A stretch of DNA of 63,996 nucleotides from Octopus bimaculoides (taxonomy: Eukaryota), in assembly GCF_001194135.2 (NCBI RefSeq), contig NC_068984.1, positions 65,722,871-65,786,866 on the forward strand. The letters run 5' to 3'. A model generated the notes under the pieces. It made no database searches and had not been told where the DNA came from. It saw nothing but the letters and a program-made list of their open reading frames with translations. Below, piece by piece: positions 40,570 through 54,048 of the stretch. Made by a program: the position numbers and the translations under genes. Every line of letters starts with the position of its first letter. The first letter of the stretch is position 1.

Positions 40570-42049
40570 ACACAGACAGACTCACACACACACGCACACA
40601 CATATGCATAAATAAATGCATACAGAGAAGCATACATCAGGATTTAAACACATTATCTCATTGGAACCGAGTGTAATGTCGTAGAATACTGAACCCTACC
40701 TTCTAAATTTGCTGTTGTGCTAAGACGCGAAACAATTATTCTCGAATTGTTTGAGATATAATGCTACACATTATACCTCCGACTCCTCCAGGATTCAAAT
40801 ATTAGCACGACCATCTGTGACACGCATCCCTTTTGTAGGGAGTGGTTGCAATAAAATAATAGATTATCGAAACTCTAACGGTGTTAGATTGGACGTCATG
40901 ATGTATATAATCCGGCTTGCAATGTTTCTGAGCTCAAATATCTCCATCATCTATATGGGTAGCTGATTTTATTTATATGATCATCTGGCATTTTAATTCA
41001 TTTTGTCGAGTCCACCGAATGGGAAGAAGTCGGGCAAGCTCTCCGGTCTAAAAATTAGGCACATTCTCATGCACTTAAACATACATATGATGTGTTTTGC
41101 TCTGCGTGTGTGTGCCTATGTGTATCTTTATATACAGATAAAGACATTGTGTCTGCCGTTCGCGAAGAATAAGATTACAAAATTGTTTAGGTGTTCATGC
41201 ACATACACTCATACATACTCATTATCTATATTGCCCATCATCGAATGATTGTAACAAAGGATTTGACCGCTTGTATTGGTGAGTGCTCTCTTACAGAACT
41301 AGACCAATGGATGTTTAACCGAATGAGCGATAATCAATGTTCGCCCCATAAGACTTTAATTTCGGAATGCAAGCCTATAAATATATACATTTATCATTCA
41401 ACAACGGTTGTAGATGAATAATATACTTAACATAGCTGCTTTTTTTCTGTCGCAGCCGGCGTCTTCCAAGCAGTTTCACTAATTCAGTTTTAATCGAAAT
41501 CAAGTTTAGTGTTTTGAATTATGTTTGACTAGTGACAAGCTACATTTAGACATAGAATACTTACAATTCGGTGCAGTAGAACAAAAGTTAAGGTAGAGAC
41601 GTCAGTACTCTTATCTATAAGGATGTTTTAAATTACTCGCTACAGCACACGCTTCTATGCAGACAACATGGCAATAGTTTTCTTACAGCAATATATTATT
41701 GAATAATTAATGGTACATATTCCATTGTTTTTGGCCTTGGCTTCCTTGTGCTATCTGACGAAGGATGGTGACTACGGAACTAATTTTCATCACTCTTTTG
41801 AAATGAGATGCAATGGTGATAGCGCCTAAGTTTGCTCTCTGTCATCAATATTGGTAATGTCATGTTCAATGTTATATGTGTTTACAAGGGTAGGAAATGT
41901 TAATGTGTCGTAGGCACCAAGGTCTCAGTAGATGGTTTCATGTAGAACTTCATGCCGAAAAATATCTTTGCTTTGTGTTTTAGTTTGAGATCAACTAGGG
42001 AAGAGATTTTTCTTACAAATGTGTTCAACTCTAAATCGGACACTCTTAT

Positions 42050-42700
42050 TATCGAATAAATTACATTCTACATATGGCATCTCTACAACTCGCGAGTGTA
42101 AGAATGTTGTCCATGTTCCTTTGAAGGAATTGTAAATAATCTCTTTTGATTTATTTGTTTTATTTTGATATTGCGCTCTTGGGATGAAGAATGTTGAAAT
42201 GTTGCGTAGAGATTAAGTACGATGCTGAAGAAGTACAATTTACGAGTGACGAATTTTAAATTACGTTAAAACTTGGCTTGAGGTAACGACAGGATTTGGT
42301 TGACGAAGTGAAACATAGGAAGTTTAGCAGGTGAAATGGTTGTGATAGCAAGTATAGTGATGTAAGCATAGGAACACATCAGAAGATTTCTGCAGATAAT
42401 ACAAGAAAGCAACCTATATACAATTAGTCATGCAGACTCTCCTTACGAAGTACGTCACGGATACAGGGTGTAATGAAAAACATTCTTTTAAAGCTGGTTG
42501 GCTGATAAACAAAAATATATTTTAAGTTGTTCTTGAGGCATTTAATCAAGAAAGAATGAAGCAGAAACTGAGAAATATACGACAGATATGATAATAAGTC
42601 GCAGATATATCTTTGGCGATAGGTTGTGTAGTAACCATTGTTGGATTTAGGCATTTCTCAAATTTGGTTTAGTAGGACAAACATATTGTTAGTGTCTTTG
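42050..42700 (-). mobile_element. Possible very old PLE remnant
   Basis: TTYRQRYICDLLS and LRQPNP weakly recall the PLE PYNLARRIC and KRQP.NL motifs; shares CCT.CTAAACCAAAT with the 13.5 and 14.7 kb PLE pieces. Confidence 0.3.
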
Positions 42701-43778
42701 CGATATTTACCTCACTGTGGTCGATATACTTAATAAATCAGCAGTCAAAATAATGTTTGCAATAAACTGTATTTGCATGTATATTATTTAGTGATGGTTA
42801 AACAAGTAGAAAAGCACTCGATTTTTAAGAGATTAAAGATTCTAGAAAAAAATAAAAACAACACCCAACAATCTTGTAATTACACCTATTCAGGTTTCCG
42901 TGGTCGAAATATTAATTTATTTCATCATATATCAAGACCGTTCGTCAGTTTTCTTTTGAGCAGATAACGGTTGTAAAGAAGAGAAAAATAAAAATACAAG
43001 GGGAATAACCAACGTTACACTAAGTCAATATCAAGCGGACGTAAACCAGATGTTCATGGTCTACTAAGTGTTCGGTGGTCTACTTTTAATTTCCGACACG
43101 ATATAGTTTTTGTATTACGGTCATACAGAACACATCTTGTTCCTCGAATTTATGCATTCGTTTGAGGTTTTCAAGTTTTTGTTTTAATACATACAGATTT
43201 TCGAGCCAACATACTGATCGACTTTTAGACACGTTGAATAGGGTCTGGATTTTGACGGGATTTTTCAGTTAATGCCGAAACTGGTCCCTTCGTCTTTAAG
43301 TTTCCACTAGTGTATACATTTATGAGATTTTTTGTTTTCAGCCAGGAATATTAATTTTTTTTTATATGCAGAGTTAACTGCAGAGGGGATTGCTCTGCTA
43401 ATGACTGGGCATTCCATTAACACGCGTATTGTTAACATAATACTCGGGTTGAATAAGGTGTGACCCATGCTATAAGTAGGCTACAGAAAAACGAAAACAA
43501 AAACACCATGCGCGTCTAAAGAGTTTCCAATTACGAAATTGCATTCACAAAGTGTATCGAGCTGAGGATAAAGAGAACGATATTCGTTAGGAAATCTGGT
43601 GTAGCAACACACTTATATTGCCGTTTACATAACAACTATGTCTTAACGTAACAGTCATTGCTTGTGAAATATATATAATTCAGCACAGTGTAGTATAAAC
43701 AAATTAACAATTCATGCTTTATTCTCTTCTTGAATACACACGTAGAAACCCAGAGATATATACGAATGCACACACACA

Positions 43779-43824
<46 letters not shown>

Positions 43825-44204
43825 GAAATATATACGCATATATGTTTATGCATGTGTGTATAGGATGTGCGTGTGTGTTTGTGCGCCTGCTAGTATACAT
43901 ATATTTGATGGAAACTTATTGTATATAAAGTTTAATCGCATATTCTATTAAAACTACTGACTTCGTGAGAAAGTTATTCTTTTATTTCATTAATATTTTT
44001 AAACTTCGCATTTAGATTCGAATATATACTACGCTATCTTGAATACAAATGTCCCTAAGAAATCTTGTGGACGGAGACCGAATTTCAAAAGGTAAATTAT
44101 TATTTTTTTTATGTTTCCTTTTTTTTTAAATACATATTAGCGAGGGAAACAGTATTAATACAGAATGATAGTCTTTTTCAAACTACTAAATATGGATATA
44201 TTTA

Positions 44205-44408
44205 CTTCTTTATTACCCACAGGGGGGCTAAACATAGAAGGAACAAACAAGGACAGACCCCAGTGCGTAACTAGTACTTATTTAATCGACCCTGAAAGGA
44301 TGAAAGGCAAAGTCGACCTCGGAGGAATTAAACTGAAAACTTAACGGCAGATGAAATACCGCTAAGCCTTTTGCCCGGCGTGCTAACGATTCTGCCATCT
44401 CACTGCCC
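44205..44408 (-). mobile_element. tRNA-derived SINE (family B), best-preserved copy
   Basis: Minus strand: GGCAGTGAGATGGCAGAATCGTTAGCACGCCGGGC..GAGGTCGACTTTGCCTTTCATCCTTTC..CCCCTGTGGGTAATAAAGAA; homologous pieces elsewhere in the window. Confidence 0.85.
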
Positions 44409-44494
44409 TCTCAATGTCGATATATTGTTGCATCGACAAATACCGCATGTACGTATAATTTCCTGGTGAGGTCTTCTCAGACAGCCGCAGTGTG

Positions 44495-44893
44495 TTAAGG
44501 GCATAAGCATATAAGTTTAGTAGTTGAGAACCGTATGGCATGGGCACAGAAAGTGCTATATGACCTGGTACTCGCTGTCAGAGATCCGTTCATAGAGATG
44601 CATGGAGTAGAGGACAGAGATATATTGCTAGCAGAGGAGAACCGACTGACGTCTGATTTATTCAAAAGGTCATTGGTAATCGGCAGACCACAGGACATTC
44701 TGAATGGTTGACATAACGAAAAATTACTTTCAGTTAACTTAGTAGTGAGGATCGAATAGTGATGGACCATATCTCGTGCGATCGGTTCTCGAGTAAGTTT
44801 AACGTTATTGGTTGCTAAGTTACAACCGTAGAATGAATGAATGAATAGTGATTCCATATTAAGGAATGTAATGTAATGCAAATTTCTATTCAT
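44495..44893 (-). CDS. Unassigned 132-aa ORF in unique, GC-richer sequence (candidate exon; coding strand uncertain)
   Basis: Longest non-TE, non-gap ORF I could find. Possible acceptor GTTGTAACTTAG on the minus strand. The opposite strand is also open from 44499 to about 44710. No recognised family. Confidence 0.25.
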   Translation of the reverse strand: MNRNLHYITFLNMESLFIHSFYGCNLATNNVKLTREPIARDMVHHYSILTTKLTESNFSLCQPFRMSCGLPITNDLLNKSDVSRFSSASNISLSSTPCISMNGSLTASTRSYSTFCAHAIRFSTTKLICLCP

Positions 44894-45699
44894 TCAAATT
44901 ATAGTAGACATATAATTTTAATTACTTGAGATTTCATTTTGTCAATGCACGATTATATCTTCACTCACTTTGCCCCACATTGCTGTCATGCATGTAATTT
45001 TTTCACTATAAAATGGTTGTTTATCAGCTTATTGACACTGAGGTAAGAATGTTCCATATGTTCTCCTCAGTGTACACAAGTGTTAACCACCATTGATTCA
45101 GATTCAGCTGTTCTCATCGTAAAGCATTAAAAGTTAATTCTATCATTTTGTTATGCGTAAGATAGAATTTTGTAAAAAAATGACATTTTACTCATCATGA
45201 ATTATATATTGAAATAGAAATATCGGCGTCCGTTTTCCCAGCTTTAATGCATCAATATTTAAACCGAAGTAATACTATCACATTAGTAGATCATGTTACA
45301 GTTTTTATTTTATTTGAATTGTTTGCTTTTTTTTTGTTTTAACAATATTGATACGATGGTTATCTTTGTAAGATTATGCACATTGGATAATTGTATAATT
45401 CTTTTATATTCAGTGTTTTAGATTTATATCAATCCATTTATGATCACACTGTCACACGTAAAAATAACCACACGTACATACACACTGATAAACACACACC
45501 CTGTATATAATTTTATATGTATATGTATATATATAAATATATACCTAGAAAAATAATAAAAAAAGAAGAGCAGTGCATATGTAATGGAAAACATCAGCAA
45601 TGCCTGTGCAAACTGTTAGGACCATTAAGGTTTGTATGACACCTCACAGATCCTCTCTACACTATTGACATTATCCACAAGCAGAAGCAAGATGCCTGG

Positions 45700-46760
45700 T
45701 GCCAATATGAGTTCCAGGCTTAGGGATGTGGGAGTGCCATGATTTCAAGCATAAGCAAAAGAGCCCCAAAATGTCCGATGTCATTCCCTACATAGCCTGT
45801 TTTATATCGGAGTAGCCTTCTCTTAAATACATGCTTCAACAAGAGCTAACGGGTACCTCACTCCCAGTGGTCATCCAGCATGACAGACACCATCCCGGAA
45901 TGTTTGCGTACCCGTGCAATTACTAGATAGTCGTTGAACCAGCACTGCGTTCCATCCAGCGTTTTACCAGATCTTGCTTTTAGTCCAGATATATTTTTAG
46001 CAACCCTCCTCACCCACTAAGCCTAGTGGAGGTACGGGTTTAGTCGCCGACAACCCAACCGTCCAAAAGTTTGTACTGTGTTCCATGATACCAGTAGCAC
46101 TTATGAGAACTTCACAAGTGACCTGACATAATATTTGTCTATTTGGGCAGTACACTCAGCCGGGTTTGCTACTTGGATTATGAAATATCTTTCAGACTGC
46201 AGAGAGCAGCTGATTACATCAGGTCTCCTGAATTTCGTGTCTGGTGCCAAAATGGCATCACAAGTCGAACAAAAGTTGCTATGTACCGTGCATGTGTACT
46301 GACATCGCTCCTTACACATGTTGGCTGGACCTTAAGAACTCAAGATACACAGGTCCTGATAAAAACCGATATTTTGAGTATTGTGGTGATGGTGCACAAA
46401 CACCCGTTACGTTGGACTGGTCACATTGTTAGAATGATTGATAGCAGGTTCCCTAAACAGATGCTGTATGGGGGAAATTGTTAGTCGAAAGCGACGCTGG
46501 CAGAAGACAAGTTTGTGATTTTAGGACTGTGTAAAGTCCTCATTAAAGGTCTGTGAAATGCGGGACGCTGACTGGGAGAGCAATGCTTGTCGTTACCACA
46601 GATGGAGGAAGCAGGTAATGATGTAAGTCGATACCTTTGAAAGGCCACACATTCTTCATGAAGAATTTAAGTGTGCTGATCGAAAACGCACTGGTAGTAT
46701 AATGAGTGGAGAAAACTTAGTCTTCTAAGTTTGCAGTCGTGTATATTTGTCAAGAGCAGG
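45700..46760 (+). mobile_element. Internally deleted RTE-BovB-like LINE
   Basis: YLGSTLSRVCYLDYEISFRL..TKVAMYRACVLTSLL..LRWTGHIVRMIDSRFPKQMLYG. Upstream 45700-46100 is GC-richer and tentatively 5' UTR-like. Confidence 0.75.
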
Positions 46761-46865
46761 TCAAGTTAGTCACTAACGGAGCCGCAAATATAAGTAGTCT
46801 TAAACGCACAACGTTTCTAAAGGTCACTAGAGGACGGCCGCCATGAATGTATGTATTTGTGTGTG

Positions 46866-46906
<41 letters not shown>

Positions 46907-47136
46907 GAATATAAGAATATGTATTTATATATATGTGTATATATATCCATATCTATCTATCTGTATCTATCTAACTATCTATCTCTCTCTATATATATAT
47001 CTATCTATCTTTCTTCGTCTAACTCTCTCCCCCCCTNNNNNNNNNNNNNNNNNNNNNNNNNNNNNNNNNNNNNNNNNNNNNNNNNNNNNNNNNNNNNNNN
47101 NNNNNNNNNNNNNNNNNNNNNNNNNNNNNNNNNNNN

Positions 47137-47174
<38 letters not shown>

Positions 47175-47189
47175 CACATGAATATATTT

Positions 47190-47405
47190 ATGTGTGTGTC
47201 TGTGCTTGTCACCCTCCATCACTTGATAACCGATGCTGGTGTTTATGTCCCGGTAATCTAGCAGTTAAGCAAAAGAGACTGATAGAATAAGTACTAGGCT
47301 TACAAAGAATAAGTCCTGGGGTTGATTTCTTTGACTAACACCCTTTAAAGCAGTGCTCCAGCATGGCCTCAGTCAAATGACTGAAACAAGTAAGAGAATA
47401 AAAGA
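47190..47405 (+). mobile_element. Family A SINE 3' half, preceded by (TA)n
   Basis: CACTTGATAACCGATGCTGGTGTTTATGTCCC..GATAGAATAAGTACTAGGCTT..GCTCCAGCATGGCC..GACTGAAACAAGTAA is the reverse complement of 1930-2125. Confidence 0.85.
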
Positions 47406-47459
47406 ACAGTATATAAAAAGAATAACAAAATAAAAGTTCTTATTATTGTTGTTGTTAAC

Positions 47460-47565
47460 ACAGTGAGATGGTAGGTTTGTTAACATGCCAGGTAAAATGC
47501 TTAGTAACATTTCGACCACTTTTATGGGCTGAGTTCAAATTCCATTAGAGTTGACTTTACCTTTT
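47460..47565 (+). mobile_element. Family B SINE 5' fragment
   Basis: CAGTGAGATGGTAGG..AAAATGCTTAG..GAGTTCAAATTCC..GTTGACTTTACCTTT. Confidence 0.5.
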
Positions 47566-48326
47566 AGAAGGAGGAGGAGGAGAAGAAGGAGGAGGAAGAA
47601 GAAAGAGGGGAAGAAGAAGCAGAGTAGTATCAATACTCAAGCAATATAACTGGTATTACCCAGCACGAAAAACATATTTTCCATCATAATTAGTACACCT
47701 CTGTTACAAATAATATTTATCTGTATGATTTTCATCAGTCTTTCTGACAATAGAATGCATATTCATTGGCAGTGAACTTCAACTTTATGCATTATAGAAC
47801 ACACAGATAGAATGAAAACTATTTCACAAACTGAAGGAATGACAAAAAGTATAATTGAAAAACAGAATGAACAGAACAATTAGATGATTAGAAAGAGGAT
47901 AAATCGATAATAATCAAAAATAACTGTCAAATCTAGAAAGCAGTTCTCTAAAAGAAAAAAAGAAAAAAATGTGAGAGACCATTTAGTCCTGAATTTCCTA
48001 ATTTAAAGAACATCAATAAGCAAAATAAAAATAATTGCTGATATGCAAAAGGTATAAATTAGAAAATTAAAAAAAGCAGCATTCTTATATTTGTATATAA
48101 TGAATTACCCAAAATATATAAAAGAAATCTGTTTCATCTCAGCTACATTTATAACAATCTTAGAATCCAAATATATGGATGGCATGTATTGGAAAGGAAT
48201 TTACACTTAAAAGTTGTTCACTCCTGATAGACTAAAGCCATTTGGAAGGTACACATCTCTTCACCAACATATTCATGTGTGACATCATACATGTGTACAA
48301 AGTTTATATATATACATATACATTTA

Positions 48327-48368
<42 letters not shown>

Positions 48369-48794
48369 TATAGACAGATAGATAGATATAGATATGAAGA
48401 TACATACACACAAGATATAAAAAGCCTTCAGAAGTCAGCAGAATAATATATATTAATAAATTAATAAGAGATTACTGTCAAAAGAAAATGTTTATTAATA
48501 AAAGTTCACTGTCAGTGAAAATAAAAATATGATAAAACAGAACCAAGTTTATTGATTAAATCTAGCATTTTCATCCATCTTGGGACTTTGTAAAGTTATT
48601 GCCAAGAAACGTTATTATTTGTTTCTCTTTAAGTGAAGCAGGTATACATTCATTTTCAAAGAAAATTTGCTTATAAATGATTTTGTATTTCTTTCTGGTA
48701 TTATGGATCGTCTCAAGAACATTTATCAAAATGAAATATTTTCATTTTGCTATTCCTGCAAATTGCTAAATAATCACTAACAGGTATTTTTCTG

Positions 48795-48826
<32 letters not shown>

Positions 48827-48839
48827 TTACAGATTAAGT

Positions 48840-48997
48840 GGTGCAAGTGTGGCTCTATGATTTGAAAGTTTGCTTCCAAACCACATGGTCTCAAGTTCAG
48901 TCTCACTTTGTGGCATCTTGGGTAAGTGTCTTCTAGGACAGCCCCTTGCTGACCAAAGTCTCGTGAGTATATATGGTAAAGAGAAACTGAATGAAGC

Positions 48998-49030
<33 letters not shown>
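48840..49030 (+). mobile_element. Family A SINE 5' half ending in (TA)n
   Basis: TGTGGCTCTATG..AACCACATGGTCTCAAGTTCAGTCTCAC..TGGCATCTTGGGTAAGTGTCTTCTA..GACCAAAG..GAAACTGAATGAAGCCC. Confidence 0.75.
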
Positions 49031-49040
<10 letters not shown>

Positions 49041-49404
49041 ATAATATTAGAGAATAGAAAATTTATTCCAACCTTACAGGCAAAAATCGGTATAATATTA
49101 TACTGGGTTTCCTAATATATAATATATATGTATATAACTAATTTAGAGATGAACCACCACTCTAGAACTGAGTCAACTCAGAACACGTCCAAATCCATGC
49201 TGTGAGGCATATACCATATCAATATATTTAATATTTTAATCTAAAAATTTACATTAAATAACATATTACATAAATAAATCATATAAATAAATCATAGAAA
49301 TATTAATTTAAAAAATTCAAAATTCAAATTTATAAATAGGACAGTAAAAATTAATACGATAATATACAGTATGGAAGTATAAATGTAAAAAGTTATACAC
49401 AGTG

Positions 49405-49700
49405 AAGGTACATGGCCTAGTGGTTGTGGTATTGCACTTATAATTGCTAGATCATGGGTTTGATTCCTAGAACAAGCAGTGCTTTATGTTCTTGAGCAAA
49501 ACACTTCATTTCATGTTGCTCCAGCTCACTCAGTTGTAAATGGGTAACCCTGTGAACGAATATCCTCCCAATAACAGGGGATTTGTCCTGCCCATCTGGC
49601 CAGCAAGATGGCATCATTTCAAAGCTAAAAACATCTAAAGTACATTGTGACCAGTGATGCATAACATCTAATTTTCTAGTCAGTACTGTGATATCATGAA
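49405..49700 (+). mobile_element. tRNA-derived SINE (family C)
   Basis: A box TGGCCTAGTGG, B box GGTTTGATTCC, TGTTCTTGAGCAAAACACTTCATTTCA and tail CATTGTGACCAGTGATG; inverted copy at 53800-54048. Confidence 0.7.
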
Positions 49701-49817
49701 TATATATATACTCACACACATAAGCAAGTTAACAAATGAAAAAAAGTAGTACTCAATACATTTGGTTCGGAGTTACAGATTTAATAAATTTGACTCAGAT
49801 ATTCACAACTTGCAATA

Positions 49818-50226
49818 ACTCTCTTTTACTCTTTTATTCTTTTACTTGTTTCAGTCTTTTGACTGTGGCCATGCTGGAGCACTGCCTTTAGTCGAACAAA
49901 TCGACCACAGGACTTATTCTTTAGAAGCCTAGTACTTATTCTATCGGTCTCTTTTGCCAAACCGCTAAGTTACAGGGACATAAACACATCAGCATCGGTT
50001 GTCAAGCGATGTTTGGGGGACAAACACAGACACACAGACACATACATATATATATACATATATACGACGGGCTTCTTTCAGTTTCCGTCTACCAAATCCA
50101 CTCACAAGGCTTTGGTCGGCCCGAGGCTATAGTAGAAGACACTTGCCCAATATGCCATGCAGTGGGACTGAACCCGGGACCATGTGGTTGGTAAGCAAGC
50201 TACTTACCACACAGCCACTCCTACGC
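49818..50226 (-). mobile_element. Full-length family A SINE
   Basis: Co-linear and near-identical with 1930-2365, with a shorter internal microsatellite. Confidence 0.9.
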
Positions 50227-52659
50227 CTCTCAACGAAATTTGTTAAGTCCTACGTATTTTGATTTCTTCACTCACTCGCATGTGCATGCATGCATGTGTG
50301 TGTGTGTGTGTGGATATGCCTTTTATTCTAAACACCTACACACAATATACACATGTACACACATATTTTTAGCAAAGATCTATCATATTACAAACAGCAT
50401 GCATGTGCATACATACAAGTGTGTGTGTGTGTGCTTGTGTTTGAGCTTGCATTTATAACAATAGTTAAATGATAGATGGTTATGAACAATGTCACTCCTA
50501 AGGTGTGTATTTTGAGTATGTCACTTACCCCTGTCATCACATTATTAGGTTGAACATGATTGACTATCTCTTAAACAGTCTTAACTATCTCTGTGGAAGC
50601 TGAACAACTTGCAATTGTGTAGCAACAATGCAAATGTCAACAGAACAGTAATTCAGATTGTTGTAGCATGTATATGCAGTATACACGCATACACGAGCCA
50701 TCAAAATATCTGATACTGCCAGTAATTTGTAACATGAATATTAGTTTTTTTGTTATTTTTGATTTTAATGTGATGACATTCAATCTATTCCCATGTTGAT
50801 GTATATTCATTAATAATTTATTCTCTATCAAGAAAACAGTTGTAATTCTAATAAACTGTAATTTCTTTTGCTTCTTTTACCTAACATATCTCACACGTAA
50901 ATACAACCTCAATTACTATCAAAACCATTTCTGCCTTTAATTTTCTAATACAATACACTGAAATATAAAACTCACATGTGAAGATATAAAAAAAAGGTTC
51001 TGCTAAAATTGGGAAAATATTTGATAAACAATCAAGTAATATACATGACATGAGTCTCCTCCTGAATTGATACTTACATTTAATAACACTACACATCAAA
51101 AATGTTAGTAAATTCATACTTAAAATAATTATCTATTTTTTTCAGAGTATGACAAACAAAAGGTAGAAGAAAAGCAATAAATTCTCCCCTTTCTCGACCA
51201 TTTTTGCCTTTAGGCCTCTTTGATTCCTAGTTCACTCAAGTGGACTCTCATAACTATTCAATGTTTAAACAAATCATATTATAAAAGATATCTCTTCATT
51301 TTTCTCTTCATTGCTCAATTCTACAATCTTTCACTCTTAGCCTTTGGTTTCCCCATCGATAAATTGCTAATCCCCCAAGTATCACCTCCTTCTACCTGTT
51401 CATTCTTTCCTCCTAGCTCAGCTTTACTTCTCTTTGCATAGCACCCCTTCTCACCATCCTACTATGGCATCACCCTGTTATCTCTCTGTACTAAATCATA
51501 TTATATCTTTATACTTAAATATTATGCGGAATTGTATTAAAAATAGTTGTTAAAATATTTTGTGTGATGTAGAAGTATAATCAATTTATTGCACAGACAT
51601 TTTAACAACAAAATCTTATATGGATAACCAAGGATCTTGTGGACCCTGATTGAGAACCACTTCTTTATACTGTATCAACTTCAAATACAAGACCCAGTTC
51701 TGTTACCCTAAATAGTGTGTCATTAAAATAATATTCCTTATAAATTTATAATGTATTCCTTATAAATTAGCATTGTGTATTCGACAGCTTTTCTAGATAT
51801 AGCAGTTGGTTTCACAAACATTCTTAAGCTTTGTAATTTGAAATGCATCTCCTTTAATGAATTATCCATAAATAATGTGTATTATACTTTATTTGAACTG
51901 ATATAATTCAATGTATTGGATCTATGATTTATGATGGTTTTTATAGCCATTCTTTCTCCTCTCTTCTTGACAATATGTGATGAACCAAAATGTTTTGTAA
52001 ATGTCCTGATAGGAAATGTCATACTACTGTCCACATTTGAAAATCACCAATCTTCATACCAATAAACATTAAGAAGCGGAAACGTTAAAAGAATAAAAAA
52101 GGAAATAATATGAGAAAATATAAAATAAAAGCAATAATGAAGTAGTAGCTTAGACTTTTAAACAATGATCGAAAAGCTGATATTAAATGAAGGCAGGCAG
52201 CTGCATAGTAGTGAATGAATACGGTTGTATAAATATAAATTGAGAGTAGTCAAGCTTCATTAGACTAACAGTAATAAAAACAACTTCATACTTTCAAAAG
52301 ATATTTAATAAGTCTAGCAATAGTACCAGAAACACAATATGAATGATACGTTTACATTGTTATAAGACACAGAAATGCTTTTTTTTGTTTTTGAAGTATC
52401 AAGTAAACTAGGTAGTAGTTACTTTAACTGAACAATGTGCCTTTAATATCATTACCTTTGAATTAGTGATAAATGCAATCAGATATCGTCCATGAATTCA
52501 CTATATATGTTAAGTTGTTTGTTAAAAGTCTTTTAGTTAACTAATCAGTGTAATAAATATCAGAAAATAATATAGTATATTCTTTGTGAACGTGATTGTT
52601 TATTTTTCTTTCTGTAATATCTATCCAGCCAACCAGCCATTCATTTTCCCCACCCATTA

Positions 52660-53165
52660 TTCCTGTGAGGGTCATGAGGGTAGAGTCCTCAGGCACCTCC
52701 TCCATAGGGTCCTCTCAGAAGCAACCATCATTAGCTTTTCCAGCTGGATTCGCAAACAGGACTGACTGAGACTATAGGTTTTATCCAACCCTTAAGTCTC
52801 CAGCTGCTTGTCTTGAATCCATCCTGTTATTCTTTCCTGTGACATTCTAATAACATGTCCAGCATGCATGTGCTATGACCTCTCAATGAGCAGAAGTAGT
52901 GGCCCAACCTCAAGAGACTTCCCATTCTCCAAGTTATGCACCCTGTCAAGTAATGTTACTCCAAAAATTCTTTGGAGGAACCCCATTTTGGCCACTTGCA
53001 TTCATAATCACATGCTTTTGATCATTATCCAACATTCATGACCATAAGTGAGGACAGGTACAAAAACTGAAGTGATGAGTTTGGCCTTCTAACTAATCTC
53101 TCCTCTTCTGAGGACCCAATACTGGTGCTGACACACCTGCAATTCTAGCATCTAATTCAGACTCC
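52660..53165 (-). mobile_element. RTE-clade LINE 3' remnant
   Basis: Minus strand VLTYGHECWIM matches the RTE P.LTYG.E.W motif, followed by a decayed RIQA.EM.FLR-like and W.GHV-like tail. Confidence 0.65.
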
Positions 53166-53799
53166 TGCCCTCCAATTCACATGGTTTGAACAGTTCAAAT
53201 TTAAACATCCTAACAATATTTTCATACTATTTCAACCAATCTTGTTTTCATGCACCTGTTACGATACAATATATTAAAATAGTAAATATTCTTTATTTTA
53301 TAGGGAAAAGATTTTATTTTGAAGTGATTGTTTCCTCAACTATGATACTGATAAATAGCTCAATGAAAATAAAATAAAAATGACCTAATTACCAAGAGTG
53401 ACATGAATTATATATACCAAATAAATAACTTACACTATTGATTATATTACCATTAGCAGCTGCGAGGTAATAAGTGATTTTAAGGAAATCAACAGAGATC
53501 AATCATTTTCTAAAACCATAATTATGTTAAGAAAACAAGATCTTTTATCTCAGAAAAAAAAAATTAAATGAAAGACTGTTAATATTTATACAAACTTAGG
53601 ATTCTTGAAAGAATTTCATACACATCCCACATCTATCTGAAAACAACTTTTGAAGTATAGTCAAAAATTTTTGTCATAAGAGAAAATATTCATTTTAGTC
53701 AAATATGAAGATATCTGAATTTTACTTTCCATGTGTGTTTATAATAGTATATTTTCTACTTTCATTAAATATATACACATAAAAGAAGTATATTCCTAA

Positions 53800-54048
53800 A
53801 ATCACGTGATCACATGACTTACCAGGTCACCAGATGTTGTTACACATCACTGGTCACAATGAGCTTTGCATTGTTTTAGCCTTCAAAAGACGTCACCCTG
53901 CTGGCTAGGAAAGCAGGCAGCCAATCCTCACTGACTGAAGGGGAACTGCAGTGATGTGAAACAAAGTGTTTTGCTCAAGAACACAATGTGCTACCCAATC
54001 AGGGAATTGAACCCATGATCTAGCAATCATGAGTACAACAACCTAGCC
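53800..54048 (-). mobile_element. Family C SINE
   Basis: CATCACTGGTCACAATG..GTGTTTTGCTCAAGAACACA..GGAATTGAACCCATGATCTAGCAAT is the reverse complement of parts of 49405-49700. Confidence 0.7.

Noticed and set aside
41754-41782. CTGACGAAGG..CGGAAC hammerhead look-alike
   Set aside because: No convincing stem II and no GAAA; at best a dead relic.
50590-50750. Minus-frame LLAVSDILMA resembling GPCR TM2
   Set aside because: Only about 50 codons bounded by stops, with no other GPCR motifs or good splice sites.
50875-51165. Cluster of splice-like sites on both strands
   Set aside because: No combination gave a convincing open exon or a recognisable peptide.
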